Shown: positions 1-13,530 of the stretch, piece after piece | Numbering within the stretch: position 1 is the first letter of the stretch | Layout: each line of letters opens with the position of its first letter | Made by a program: the position numbers and the translations under genes | The notes under the pieces: model-generated | Seen by the model: the letters and a program-made list of their open reading frames with translations, nothing else | What the model was told of the DNA's origin: nothing | The model's database searches: none | NCBI RefSeq assembly: GCF_001194135.2 | Contig: NC_068981.1 | Coordinates: 123,337,438 to 123,401,437 of the forward strand | Source: Octopus bimaculoides | Taxonomy: Eukaryota | Direction: 5' to 3' | Length of the DNA: 64,000 nucleotides

Positions 1-239
1 CGTTTTATTTCAATCGAGTCAGTACCCAATAAACTTTTTCTAAGACAAATAATACAAGACGTTGTATATGAGGTAAACATACATTATGACACACTGTTGC
101 TCAGTTTCATATAGACATTTGTTAAAACCTGCTTAAAACACTCTGCAGCAACAGGAGACTCTACCAGTATCAATATCAATACATATACGTCTGAGTATAT
201 GTGTGTGTATTTGTAGGTATCCGTATACGTATGAACATA

Positions 240-262
240 TGTATGTATGTATCTATCTATCT

Positions 263-294
<32 letters not shown>

Positions 295-337
295 ATGGAT
301 GGATGGATGGATGGATGGATGGATGGATGGATGGATG
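240..337. repeat. Compound tetranucleotide microsatellite (GTAT)/(CTAT)/(GGAT)n
   Basis: Read directly; it explains the WMDG/MDGW ORFs at 201-497. Confidence 0.95.
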
Positions 338-1049
338 CTTGCATGCTTGTATATTTGTATATATGTATACGTCTTTAACGCGTTTCACCTTTATTCTTAT
401 CGAGAAAAGATCTCTAAACAAATGTATCAGTTTTTTTATTAAGTTATTTACGACTGCATCTTCAAACGTATTGCTGTATATGGTGAACAGTAATTGAAAG
501 GAGATGTTGCTGTTTATTTCAAGAAGGTTGAGTAACTATAGAAACTACATCGTTTTGACCACATCCTTTTCGAAATTTGTATTAAATTTATCTTCTCAGG
601 TAAACGTTGAAACAATGCAGGTGCTGTTGCTTAGAAATAATGACATCTCGTTTAAGTTCTTTTTATTTTATTTTTGTTGCTGAGTCGCTGAGTCGCTGAG
701 ATTACCTTTGGTGAAAGAGAAAGCATCATCAACCATAACCTTTACAGTTACTCTATTTTTTTCTTTGTAGTCATTAATAAATTTGCAATCGGTGATTTTT
801 CTAACTAATCAACAAATTGTATTTTTACTGTGAGCTTACCGAGACAACAATTTATCCACGTCATTTCAGCTATATAGACTCCCACATGAGAAATAAGGAC
901 CTATGTAATCTCTTAGATAAATTTAGATAACATCGATTACCTTGAGGATCTTGTTGAAGTAAATATCCTATCCACAGATCTTTGAGACCAAGCATTTCAA
1001 AATCTCCCTCGCCGATTTTACTTTCAAATTCTGATCGAGTGCCGGCAGA

Positions 1050-1112
1050 TATATACATACATACATACATATATATAGATATATATATAGATATATATAT
1101 ACATATATATAT

Positions 1113-1179
<67 letters not shown>

Positions 1180-1655
1180 NNNNNNNNNNNNNNNNNNNNN
1201 NNNNNNNNNNNNNNNNNNNNNNNNNNNNNNNNNNNNNNNNNNNNNNNNNNNNNNNNNNNNNNNNNNNNNNNNNNNNNNNNNNNNNNNNNNNNNNNNNNNN
1301 NNNNNNNNNNNNNNNNNNNNNNNNNNNNNNNNNNNNNNNNNNNNNNNNNNNNNNNNNNNNNNNNNNNNNNNNNNNNNNNNNNNNNNNNNNNNNNNNNNNN
1401 NNNNNNNNNNNNNNNNNNNNNNNNNNNNNNNNNNNNNNNNNNNNNNNNNNNNNNNNNNNNNNNNNNNNNNNNNNNNNNNNNNNNNNNNNNNNNNNNNNNN
1501 NNNNNNNNNNNNNNNNNNNNNNNNNNNNNNNNNNNNNNNNNNNNNNNNNNNNNNNNNNNNNNNNNNNNNNNNNNNNNNNNNNNNNNNNNNNNNNNNNNNN
1601 NNNNNNNNNNNNNNNNNNNNNNNNNNNTATATATATATATATATATATATATATG
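1050..1655. repeat. (TACA)/(CA)/(TA)n compound microsatellite spanning an assembly gap
   Basis: TA/CA repeats on both sides of the N-run 1180-1627. Confidence 0.9.
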
Positions 1656-3689
1656 CTTGAAAATACATTTAAAAGAACATTTTGGAATAACTCCCTTTCG
1701 TATGAATGTACATATATGAACATACACACATCTCAGACACACGTATATGTCCGGACGCCCACACATTCGTAAACTATAGCTACGTCAGATTTCTTTTTAG
1801 CATTATACATTTCAAATAAACACATCTACGACTGCGTCTACATATGCAAACCAACACTATATGAGTATGTATGTATGGATATTCAAGTTCATTGCCCTGA
1901 AAATCTTAATTGCCGCTGTTTTCTAGCAGTTGTGAATTGCATGGTAAAAAAATCCTCTTTTGGCTACAAAGTGATAGACATGTAGTTCACCGAAAGAAAA
2001 TATTTATCGCAATTAACATTAACTTTAAGTTTGAAATACCTATGACTAAGTCTATTAATTATTAAGTAGCAAAGAGAAATTAAATATAACTGACAAGTAT
2101 TGTTGTTCTCATGCAAATATTCTGCTTTTTATGCAATCTACAGCTCGAAGAATTGCCTGTTCAAGTCTATGTTACCGGTACTATGTATTTAGTAAAGAGT
2201 TGATATTTCTTATACATTTAAACAACAATATCTCTTCATTGCATACATTTAGCCATTTCTGATATAAAACGGAATTATTTTTAGTAGATGGTGAAATGAC
2301 TACATTTATGCTCAGATCATACAACAAAATCGTGTTTTTGCCATGTGACTCTGATTTCATTGATACCAAGAAAAGATAGGAATCAAAACATCAAATGACA
2401 GTTTAGTTAAGTAACGTGAAAAAGGTAAAAACTTGAATCGAGGAAAACCACTAAATACTTGTATCGGCAACAACAATTCAGAAGGAAATTGATTTTAATG
2501 TAGGATAGCTGTATACGGTAGTAGAATTTTTGAAGATTCCACGGCTTCGCATTTAGTTTGGACACTGTTTCATTATATAAAATTATTTGTGTCTCACCTA
2601 GTTTGTACAGCATTTACTAAAACAACGTATCCAGAATACGAAATTCTTAGTTAGGTCTCTATAATATTATATATGCATGTATTTGTATTTTGATATTGCG
2701 GATGAAATGTTTTTCACAATCCGTAGCATTGCTTCTAATTCCTTGTAAATAGTATGCAAACTTTGTTACATGAAAATCATAATATATTTTGATATTGGTC
2801 TTAAGCTTATGAAAACACATCTGAGGAAGAAAAGCTCTGCGTGAAAACCCAGCTTCGTAGGGGTAAGAGTGAATTCTTCCTAGAATTTCATTTACCAATT
2901 TTTGAAATGTAAGAACGCATAAACAAGCTAATTAGTCCTTGATACATAATCTCAAAGAAACAACACCACAGGGTGATGTCTGGAACGTATTTGATCAGAG
3001 GCCAAATTTGTTAGGATTTGCCTGGAGCTAAAATAGTAAACCGGTCGAAAAAATAATTAAAGAAATAAATATTTGGATATTTGGAAAATTTTATATAAAC
3101 ATTAAAATATTTACGAATACAGGTGCTATTGAAATAGATGTGCAACCACGTGTACGCACGCATATGCAATATACATAGATATATATGCATGCACACATAC
3201 ATATACGTGGGAGGGGTGTGTGGGGGNNNNNNNNNNNNNNNNNNNNNNNNNNNNNNNNNNNNNNNNNNNNNNNNNNNNNNNNNNNNNNNNNNNNNNNNNN
3301 NNNNNNNNNNNNNNNNNNNNNNNNNNNNNNNNNNNNNNNNNNNNNNNNNNNNNNNNNNNNNNNNNNNNNNNNNNNNNNNNNNNNNNNNNNNNNNNNNNNN
3401 NNNNNNNNNNNNNNNNNNNNNNNNNNNNNNNNNNNNNNNNNNNNNNNNNNNNNNNNNNNNNNNNNNNNNNNNNNNNNNNNNNNNNNNNNNNNNNNNNNNN
3501 NNNNNNNNNNNNNNNNNNNNNNNNNNNNNNNNNNNNNNNNNNNNNNNNNNNNNNNNNNNNNNNNNNNNNNNNNNNNNNNNNNNNNNNNNNNNNNNNNNNN
3601 NNNNNNNNNNNNNNNNNNNNNNNNNNNNNNNNNNNNNNNNNNNNNNNNNNNNNNNNNNNNNNNNNNNNNNNNNNNNNGAGTGTGTGTGA

Positions 3690-4461
3690 AAATCCCCTAG
3701 TATTCGTGAAGATACTTTCCAGGAAAAGCTCAAAAGGTTTTGAATATGTGAAGGCCAAATTTCCAAAAATCACCGAGGCAAAACTGAAGGAAGACGTATT
3801 CATAGGTCCGCAGATAAAAGAACTCCTGAAGGACAACCACTTCCTCACAGCACTGGATGAGATTGAGCTTAAAGCCTGGGAATTCTTCAAATGGCTCTGT
3901 GAAAATTTCCTAGGCCACGAGAGATCTCTAGAGTTTAGAAATTGGGCTGTCGGATGTCACTAAAATTCCATTTCCTTGAGTAACATCTGGACTTTTTGCA
4001 GAGAACCTTGGAGCATTGTCTGATTACCAAGAGGAACGCTTTCATCATGATATTGCATCGATGGAACAACGACATCAAGGATTTTGGAATGCAGAAATGT
4101 TAGCTGACTACTGTTGGATGTCATACATGGATGAACCTGAGACCAAACACCATAGAAAGTCCAAATGCCATAGATTTTAATTTGTTTTGCATTTCAATGT
4201 ATTCTAACTCATTTGTACGCAATAATTTTAATTTTGTCCAATAAAAAGCCATGAAATTATCGTATCTTGTACTCAATATACTTTATATAGACATTCTTAC
4301 GTATCCTATAAGTTAAAACAGCAGGTACCATTAACATGAAAATGTGACCTGATAGAGGAAATCAGACTTCAGATTCGTAGTCAGCATCAAAAATTAACTC
4401 AGAAATGTCAATCAGCAACTCTGATGATTAAAAAAAGAACGATTCATTTTGTTGACCAGTG
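3690..4461 (+). mobile_element. Chapaev3-like (CMC superfamily) DNA transposon, 3' half with decayed transposase
   Basis: ORF text KFPKITEAKLKEDVFIGPQIKELLKD...KAWEFFKWLCENFLG. After a frameshift it reads LGCRMSLKFHFLE*HLDF..ENLGALSDYQEERFHHDIASMEQRHQGFWNAEMLADYCW. The element ends in ...GTTGACCAGTG at 4461, consistent with CAC...GTG termini. Superfamily assignment is from recalled motifs. Confidence 0.75.
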
Positions 4462-4832
4462 TTTTCTATCTACCAAATAAACTATTTTTTGACTCAACAA
4501 CTCTCTTTTACAACTAAAATAAGCTCAGAAACAAGGTTGGTTCGCACAATTTTGAGGTCATTTTGGGGCATTATTTCGATTTGCTTCTAATGTTTCACTT
4601 CCGACTTATGTTTGACGCATGCGTAGAATTCTACTCAAACAAACATTTATGAAATTGCGCACACAAATTTTGTATTAGAATGAGCCTCAACCAAAACAAT
4701 TGCATTAAAGACACCCATTTTTTTATATGTCATGAAGAAATACTGTTACTCTTTCGCTCTCTCTCTCTCTCACACACACACACTTGGATGTATGCATACA
4801 TATTTATGTACATGTATTCTTTTTTTCCTTTA

Positions 4833-5062
4833 TTATTTTACTTGTTTTAGTCATTTGACTGCAGCCATGCTGGAGCACCGCCTTTAGCCGAGCAAATCAA
4901 CCACAGAGCTTATTCTTTGTAAGCCTAGTACTTATTCTATCGTTCTCTGTTGCTGAGTCGCTAAGTTTCGGGGATGTAAACACACCAGCATCGGGTGTTA
5001 AGCGATGGTGAGGGATAAACACAGATACTCAAACGTATACACACACACACACACACACACAT

Positions 5063-5137
<75 letters not shown>

Positions 5138-5270
5138 CGACGGGCCCATTCCAGTTTCCGTCTAACAGATCCACTCACAAGGCTTTGGTCGGCCCGAAGA
5201 CACTTGCCCAAGGTACCACGCAATGGGACTGAACCCAGGTCCATGTTGTTGGTAAGCATGCTACTTACCA
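4833..5270 (-). mobile_element. tRNA-derived SINE, family B (internal CA/TA microsatellite)
   Basis: The minus-strand head GTGGTAAGTAGCATGCTTACCAAC...TGGGTTCAGTCCCATTGCGTGGTACCTTGGGCAAGTGTCTT has A/B-box-like motifs. The tail is GGCGGTGCTCCAGCATGGCTGCAGTCAAATGAC. Homologous to 40150-40537, 56764-56959 and 25326-25515. Confidence 0.85.
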
Positions 5271-5660
5271 CTTACACATACATAGATAGAAAAATATTCA
5301 TACGTTACAACAAACATCTTCACTCACTCACTCATTCTCTCTCTCACACGTCCATTTCATATACACATACATACATCTTTCACTTTCTCCTCTCTTCAAA
5401 GCATAAAGAAATTTTTTAAATTATTACGAAAATTAACTATAATATGATCTCATATGATCGAGGTAACAACTTTGATTCTTCAACGAAAGAATGCCATAAC
5501 ATAACTTCCTAATGCATACACACATACACACATACACACAAACACTTTAGATAAAACTTCTGCACAAATTATATTATTTTTTGCTCTTTGCACGCGCAAA
5601 TTTACAGCTCAAATCCAATTGAAATGAACTTTTTCTATTGAGTAATTTCGATTTAAATTT

Positions 5661-6038
5661 CAAAGGAAGTTTTCTCAGAAATTCTGTCCTTTGCTTCTTC
5701 TTTCTAGCATGTCAGATTTGATATTTGCGCTCCCCACTTCATTTTTCCTCAATTTCTTCCGATTCCTATGTTTGCCATAGGGGAGATTAGGATTTCACCC
5801 GCAAAATACTTTTTCAAAATTTTAATTTTCTCTCTCTCCACACCNNNNNNNNNNCAAAGGAAGTTTTCTCAGAAATTCTGTCCTTTGCTTCTTCTTTCTA
5901 GCATGTCAGATTTGATATTTGCGCTCCCCACTTCATTTTTCCTCAATTTCTTCCGATTCCTATGTTTGCCATAGGGGAGATTAGGATTTCACCCGCAAAA
6001 TACTTTTTCAAAATTTTAATTTTCTCTCTCTCCACACC
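5661..6038. other. About 184-bp direct duplication across a 10-N gap (probable contig-overlap artefact)
   Basis: 5661-5844 is repeated apparently identically at 5855-6038, separated only by Ns. Confidence 0.85.
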
Positions 6039-6600
6039 ACATTCATTTTTATTACTTTTTGCAAATATTTTCTTGGTAATCCATGAAGAAAAAACAGAGA
6101 GTACGAATCTTTAAGAATTTTACCCATCACCTCACCACTTTCAAAAAGATACATACTCCCAATGTTTCACTTTTAGATTTTTGGAAAGCAAAGACGTTTC
6201 TTAAGAAAAGATATTGTTTACCTGTTGTTTCTAGCATGTCTGTTTTTCTAGTGGTGTTCTAGTATTTGTTACGTCTGCTATTTCACTAGAATTCTATGCA
6301 TGCGGAAAAGAGCAGACAAAAGTGAATGATTGAGAGATTTTACCTTTTTGAAAGTGGGTAGCTAATGGGTGGCTGAGGTGAGGGAAATGGCATTGAGTGA
6401 ATAAGAAAAATTAAACCATAAAAGACATATATCTCCCAGATTCGTAATATCTGTATTTTGCTACATAGGTAACACGAAAAAAATTTGAGAACAGTTGCAA
6501 ATTCAGAAATTGCGGGGGAGATGGGAGGAAATTAAAATTTTGAAAACATGATTTCTGGACAAAATCGCATTAATTCTTTTTTATATGATGAAACAGTACA
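5960..6600. mobile_element. Old non-autonomous element with degenerate inverted repeats (MITE-like)
   Basis: TTTTCAAAATTTTAATTTTCTCTCTCTCC (about 6004-6032) is inversely matched by GGGGGAGATGGGAGGAAATTAAAATTTTGAAAAC (about 6513-6546); similarity fades outward. Confidence 0.4.
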
Positions 6601-6957
6601 TAGTTTCTGATCCTTCTTAAGATCAGAAAGCACTTTCATGCAAACGAACGGAAAACAAACACAGAAGGTCAAGTTGAAAAGCAAATAGTAAATGCACAGA
6701 CGAACGGAAAACAGACAATTTCGTGCTATTATCTATAATATTGCATCTAGGCTGGAAAAAACTTACCGGGAATGCGACCAAATTATATGAAAACGAGACG
6801 GACAAACAATAAATGAATGAACAAAAAATACGAAAATGGATATACTAATATGGATAAGAGTAATTTGAAACGAGACAGTCAAACGCAATTTCATACCATT
6901 ATTGATAATATTGCTTCCACTCTGAAGGCATCATACAATCGTTCGACATTTACGTTT

Positions 6958-7026
6958 ATACATACATACATACATACATACATACATACATGCATGCATA
7001 CATGCATACATGCATACATACATACA

Positions 7027-7062
<36 letters not shown>

Positions 7063-7064
7063 TA
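6958..7064. repeat. (TACA)n microsatellite
   Basis: Read directly. Confidence 0.95.
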
Positions 7065-7249
7065 TGCACCACTACATATAATGATAAAGAGAACAGAGTA
7101 TGTCGAGAATATATATATAAAAGAACAAACAGATGACACCGAGAAAAAACAAAGGTATGTAATGAACTTCATAGCTTAGAGATGTTTATACTATAAGATA
7201 CGTTGGTCTTTTAGTTGAGTACCCGGATATCATCATATAGCTTCTTCGG

Positions 7250-7640
7250 AGCCTTGAAAATGAGCTAAAGTTTTTCTTCATACCCGAATCTTCAGTGATA
7301 ATAGATTGAACTAAACCGTAACTAATCTGCATATCCTCTGAAAATCCACGGATGGTGATTCCTCTACGATGTTTTTCTCAGTTCTGCTGTTTGAGGGTCT
7401 CCCTGAACGTTCGTCAATATTGACATTTTTCGGCCATCTTGGAAACGTGTAAATCACTCGTACACTTGCGTGCTGCTCATACACTCCTCTCCATACACTT
7501 TGTGCAATTTTGTGTTGGCCTCTGAGCAGGTATCTCCATGACAACTTTCCCTGTAGTCGTCAATGCGACGATCACACGCTACACATATTCCTTCTAAGCA
7601 CTGCTATAAACAGCGGAAGTGTGCTACCACTTTAAAACTT
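7250..7640 (-). mobile_element. mariner transposase N-terminal (HTH) remnant
   Basis: The minus frame contains DERSGRPSNSRTEKNI and, downstream, VQSIITEDSGMKK. These match the mariner motifs DDERSGRP and I(L/I)TEDLGMKK; frameshifted. Confidence 0.7.
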
Positions 7641-8793
7641 AGTGCGCATACAAAGCAAATCCAAGGTCAGTGTTTGCAAAGCAGCTTTACTTTTTGTGCT
7701 TTAGCTTCGTTACCATGGCAGCAGTCCGGATACTTATTGACCAGACCTCGTTTATTTATATATATATATATATATACAGTTAATTCGAGGAAGCCACTTT
7801 CTCATTACAGATTACATAATCCAAGGTATTCCACTGTTTTAATCTGTATGATATAATGGGAAAGTCATATGCTTAGGGTTCTTGAAATTATCAATATTGA
7901 AGAAAATTGAGGTGAAGAAAACGGAAAATAAATGGATATAATTACTGATTTATTTGCCTGTTATAAAACGATGACTTTTTTCTTGAAAAAAACATTACAA
8001 ATAAATAAATTGATTAGAATTTAAAAGCACAAGGGAAAATAAATTAAAATATATCAACAGGAAAAATAACCTACATATACGTTTCAGTCTTACCATCTTG
8101 TTGTTGGGAATCTCCAAGCATATTGTTTAATGCTAAGAAGTTGCCACATTCAAGCTATATTGTGGCACGACTTCGTCAAGGTTGAAAAAGTGCTAACGCA
8201 ACTTTCTATCATTCTATCTTTTCAAGGAAGAGTATAGTATTAGCAGGTTAAAAACTATGTAATGAGATTTTATTTGACTGGAAGGTTTTGAATATTTGTG
8301 AATGTACTATATACCGTATATTATAATTTGGAAACATGAATAAGTAAATAAATACAGACATTAATATAAAGATGAATAAAGTATACTAGTAAAATAAATA
8401 TAATGAAAAAAAAACGACAGCTAAACATCAAACAAAAATAAAATGAAATAAGATAAATATAAATATAAAGATAAAAGTATTACAAAATTAAAATACAATA
8501 AAAGAAATATGAGAAAAACTAAGATCTATGGATTATTCTAAGAATAATCCTTAGATTCTTGAAATAATCCATAGATTAGCAATGAAAATTCTTGCAATCT
8601 CTTCAATAGTCGACTATTGCTGAGGCTGCAAGAAGCAGCCAAAATTTTAGAAGAAATAAATAAGTAAATGCGTAGAAATCGAACCGGTGAGTGTGTTAAT
8701 TAATCACGCATTAAAACAGAATGACTCTCCCTAAACACAATAAAATATACCTCAACACACGAATTCACATAAGGAACCTTGCAAACCGAATAC

Positions 8794-8851
<58 letters not shown>

Positions 8852-11800
8852 TACACACATACATGAATGCGTGAAAGTGTAAGTTTTCCAACAATGGAGA
8901 ATTATTTGTATATCTTCGATGTAATTTTTCATGTATCTACGTAAATCCATATGTGTGCACATTTTGTGCCCAAAACTTTGAGGTATTCAATGCCAAAATA
9001 TACTGAGGTTTTGTACAGAATTTCCAATTTCGCTCACATTGTGATAACACTGTGGATGACACATGACTAACTTTTTATCTACTTTGTGTTAGGGTATCAG
9101 TATTTATTCTATGCAGTAATAAATATCTGAGGAACCATCTTAGTAAAATAAAGTACAGCTTATTTGATATGTAAAAAATGTATTAGGACAATTGATGCTT
9201 GACATATTTAAGATACAAGGAAAATATCTAACACACCGAAACACATAGACGAAAAGTATTATACAAATAACCCTTGTGCACATGCGCAAAATCACATTAA
9301 GCAATACATATTATATTTTATACCGTATACATAATCAGCTACAAAATATAAATAAATAAAAAGAGACAGTTTTTTCCCAATACTTGCATAAGGAAATGGA
9401 AAACTTAAAGGAAAGTTTCTTGATATGAAATGATGTGATAATATTCAAGAATGTACAATACAGCACTGATACCAAATATAAATTAAAGCATGTATAAATA
9501 CATGTGCGTGCTATAAAAGGATTGTATAAGTGTTCGTGCAGACAAAAACAAACTAAACTAAAGTGACGTTCTTGTACGTAGTCATACATATATTGAGATA
9601 TTCATGTTTAATACAGGCATTGTATGCAGGTGAGGGCGCACGCCCACACACATCATGTATTTCTGTGCTAAAATATAAATACATAATATTTTATATGAGC
9701 AAGTACGTGTTAGCTTGTACATTTGCAAAGATGAAAGCGGATAGAGATCAAAAACGTATAGACGTATATAATACATGTATATATATATATATATATATNN
9801 NNNNNNNNNNNNNNNNNNNNNNNNNNNNNNNNNNNNNNNNNNNNNNNNNNNNNNNNNNNNNNNNNNNNNNNNNNNNNNNNNNNNNNNNNNNNNNNNNNNN
9901 NNNNNNNNNNNNNNNNNNNNNNNNNNNNNNNNNNNNNNNNNNNNNNNNNNNNNNNNNNNNNNNNNNNNNNNNNNNNNNNNNNNNNNNNNNNNNNNNNNNN
10001 NNNNNNNNNNNNNNNNNNNNNNNNNNNNNNNNNNNNNNNNNNNNNNNNNNNNNNNNNNNNNNNNNNNNNNNNNNNNNNNNNNNNNNNNNNNNNNNNNNNN
10101 NNNNNNNNNNNNNNNNNNNNNNNNNNNNNNNNNNNNNNNNNNNNNNNNNNNNNNNNNNNNNNNNNNNNNNNNNNNNNNNNNNNNNNNNNNNNNNNNNNNN
10201 NNNNNNNNNNNNNNNNNNNNNNNNNNNNNNNNNNNNNNNNNNNNNNNNNNNNNNNNNNNNNNNNNNNNNNNNNNNNNNNNNNNNNNNNNNNNNNNNNNNN
10301 NNNNNNNNNNNNNNNNNNNNNNNNNNNNNNNNNNNNNNNNNNNNNNNNNNNNNNNNNNNNNNNNNNNNNNNNNNNNNNNNNNNNNNNNNNNNNNNNNNNN
10401 NNNNNNNNNNNNNNNNNNNNNNNNNNNNNNNNNNNNNNNNNNNNNNNNNNNNNNNNNNNNNNNNNNNNNNNNNNNNNNNNNNNNNNNNNNNNNNNNNNNN
10501 NNNNNNNNNNNNNNNNNNNNNNNNNNNNNNNNNNNNNNNNNNNNNNNNNNNNNNNNNNNNNNNNNNNNNNNNNNNNNNNNNNNNNNNNNNNNNNNNNNNN
10601 NNNNNNNNNNNNNNNNNNNNNNNNNNNNNNNNNNNNNNNNNNNNNNNNNNNNNNNNNNNNNNNNNNNNNNNNNNNNNNNNNNNNNNNNNNNNNNNNNNNN
10701 NNNNNNNNNNNNNNNNNNNNNNNNNNNNNNNNNNNNNNNNNNNNNNNNNNNNNNNNNNNNNNNNNNNNNNNNNNNNNNNNNNNNNNNNNNNNNNNNATAT
10801 ATACCATCAACATATAAACACACACACACACACACACACTAAACACTTACTCTCATCGGTGAAACAAACAATACTTGTGAATTCGTTGAATCACACGATA
10901 TTAAACAGCAAATTCCTAATTCATACCGAAATACTATTCAAAGTGCACATCAAACGCAAGCATATTCATTCCTCGTCTACTTATCGAAATATATTATATG
11001 AAATACATGACACTAGTATGTAATATCTGTGTTATTTCCTTTTACTTTCCGGCTATTGTATTTGAAATCTTCCAACGACACTCACAACGAAGAAACTTGA
11101 TAGAAACTACATTTTCCTGTGAATATATTTATGTTTTATATGTATTTTCCAGTGATATTTTGTGTGTCTATTGACTGAGTAATACTTTTATGTTATTTGT
11201 TGTTGAAGTTAATCCATTCACCGAGCTAACCCCTCTAAAATTCATTGTAAATGCCACGACATCTCTACATCTCGTCTCCTCGCATGAGGAAATAATGAAG
11301 TCAAATCATGCAACAAGATTTCCCAGCAAAAATACCTGTGTCCTTACGTTCCTACGTAATATGAATCAACGTAAACTTTTCGTTTTCTAGTTGTAGTTAC
11401 TTTCCTAGAAAATATTCCAGGGGAAATATATGACAATATAGAAACACCATACCGTTCTTTATAAGACTAGAGGTCTTACTCTCATATAGATATCAATGAT
11501 TTTGCACAAATATCGGCAGCATTAATACAGTTAGAATCTTAGACAAGCAGATCCCCTTGCTGTAAAATTTTAGCGTTATAGTAATGTGTCTACGGACGGC
11601 ATGTGTAGAAATATATTGCGCTGATCGCTATAGTTACCTACAATACATTAAAATCCTCTTTAGATTTGTCACTCATATGATTCACTCCAGACAAAAATAA
11701 GCACTTAAGTATAAAACTCAATGATAATAAAAGAATCTCCTTGTTCATACAACTCGCTTGAGAATTACCTCGTGTGAGTTATTCGATTGTAACTGATAGT

Positions 11801-13333
11801 TTTCAAATCGGCACCTTTTAAGCTCAAATAATACAGGGAATATGTTTTCTCAGTCCATATACAGCTATATGTGTGCTTGTAAGTAAGCATGTATGTGTGT
11901 GTACGTGTAGTAAAGTTTCATCATGTTGTGTAATCCAAACACATTCAAATGGCTCACTACCAGCTTCATCGGCAGTTCAAAAAAAAATTACTATTTCTGA
12001 TTGGTTAACAATCCATTTGTCTTTGGTGCGTTCTACTTCAAGAATGCATGTATCAATTTGAACCAATACATTTTTTTATAGTTATAAATAGCAATAAAAT
12101 AATTTCAGTGAGGACCACTCTGCATGTTTGTATATTACAAATTTTTGTTCTGCTAATAAATTTGGCCAGCTTTATGTACGTTTTCAACCGCATACTCTTC
12201 TATTAATTTGTAACTCTGTCTTGTTTTGACACAACAATCTCTTGTAAAACGTGCTTTTTTTCAGAGAACTTAAATTACATACATATCAGCAAACGTTTGT
12301 TAAATTCTGTATGCATCCACAAACTTGTATATTATACATGGTCATAGACATTGCTCACAGGGAATTTTTTTTTATTCTCAGATATATGCATTTGACATGT
12401 AACTTCTTCTGGCATGTATACTTTGGTTTACTTAAAAAGTTCTATATCTACGTATTGTGGTTGTCTTCTTGCAACTGGTTTGCAGTATTTCTCAGAAACT
12501 ACTTCTTGGAAACATCAAACTCGATTAATAATCGAAAGCATCTGACAACGTTTTACCGCTTTGTAACAGAGAAGGAATACAATTCAATACGTATTGTAAA
12601 TTGAACTAAATATTGAACTATTTCTGTGTTGAAGTTATATATGATGCATGAAATAATAACAAGCTCAGTATATGTAATATGCATATACATTTATATATAA
12701 ACACCTGAATGATCATTTAGGCATCATTCATATCTGCGAAGCAGAACACAGGAATTTTACATCAAAAATTAGATGAATATAAAAGAAATTGTTTTAGAAT
12801 ATAGAAAGTAATTCAAAGAAGAAAAGGTTTTGCTATTGTATCTGAAGCAATTAATGCTACAAGGAGATATTAGGGATAGTGGATACGTCACTAAATTTGA
12901 ATAAAAAAAACAAATGCAGGCAAAAAAAAAACAAATGCAGTTTTTGTACTGTTCCATTTACCACATTTTGGGGTTGCTCTATCTTGTATCGTTTTTAATC
13001 CGCATATAAGTAACAGTCTAATATAAAGTGATATACACATAATTTATTTTTATCATTTTACTGCACATAGACCAAAGTATGAATAGAAATACAGTGTAAG
13101 AAATCTTCTGAATATTTTGGTTAAAATTACAAAATTATGAAAGATTACTTCTAAGATTTAAAAGAAATCTGCTAGATCGCTTACATTTGGTGCTTTTTCC
13201 AATATATCCAATATCCGTCGGAATGTTTACTGTGTTACCAAGACCATTATCCAAAACAATAAAATCTTTGGAAGTGTTATTAGTTGTTCTATTTCCCAGT
13301 TATATTTTGTCGCTGTTTAATATGATCAGACCA

Positions 13334-13530
13334 CAAGGTGGCGAGCTGGCAGAAACGTTAGCTCGCAGGGCGAATGCTTAGCCGTATTTCGTCTGTCTTT
13401 ACGTTATGAGTTCAAATTCCGCCGAGGTCGACTTTGCCTTTCATCCTTTCGGGGTCAATAAATTAAGTACCAGTTGCCTACTGGCCCCACCTCACCAAAA
13501 CTTTCGGGTCCTGTGCCTAGAGTAGAAAAG
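13334..13530 (+). mobile_element. tRNA-derived SINE, family A, with 15-bp TSD
   Basis: GGTGGCGAGCTGGCAGAAACGTTAGC...GAGTTCAAATTCCGCCGAGGTCGACTTTGCCTTTCATCC...GTGCCTAGAGTAGAAAAG, flanked by AATATGATCAGACCA at 13319-13333 and 13531-13545. Confidence 0.9.

Noticed and set aside
941-1047. Minus-strand frame [30 protein letters not shown] ending at AAG|GTAATC
   Set aside because: Protein-like, but the acceptor is poor, the family is not recognised, and it abuts a microsatellite; insufficient support.
8610-8692. Possible exon ending CCG|GTGAGT with a short MRRNRT start; similarly 19214-19286 (IHFFFVLKCGNRLISTQSVTEKNQ)
   Set aside because: Splice-like motifs of this quality occur by chance in 64 kb, and there is no homology or chain of compatible exons that I can support.
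11880-12960. Stop-riddled protein-like stretches (for example MPEEVTCQMHISENKKK on the minus strand) as a decayed MULE/hAT transposase
   Set aside because: Only a CxxH-like coincidence; no DDE motifs or termini were recognisable.
13337-13420. SINE heads as tRNA genes (also 4833-5270, 31366, 49688, 56900-56959)
   Set aside because: A/B-box-like motifs are present, but there is no complete cloverleaf and each continues into a SINE body and tail, often with TSDs.
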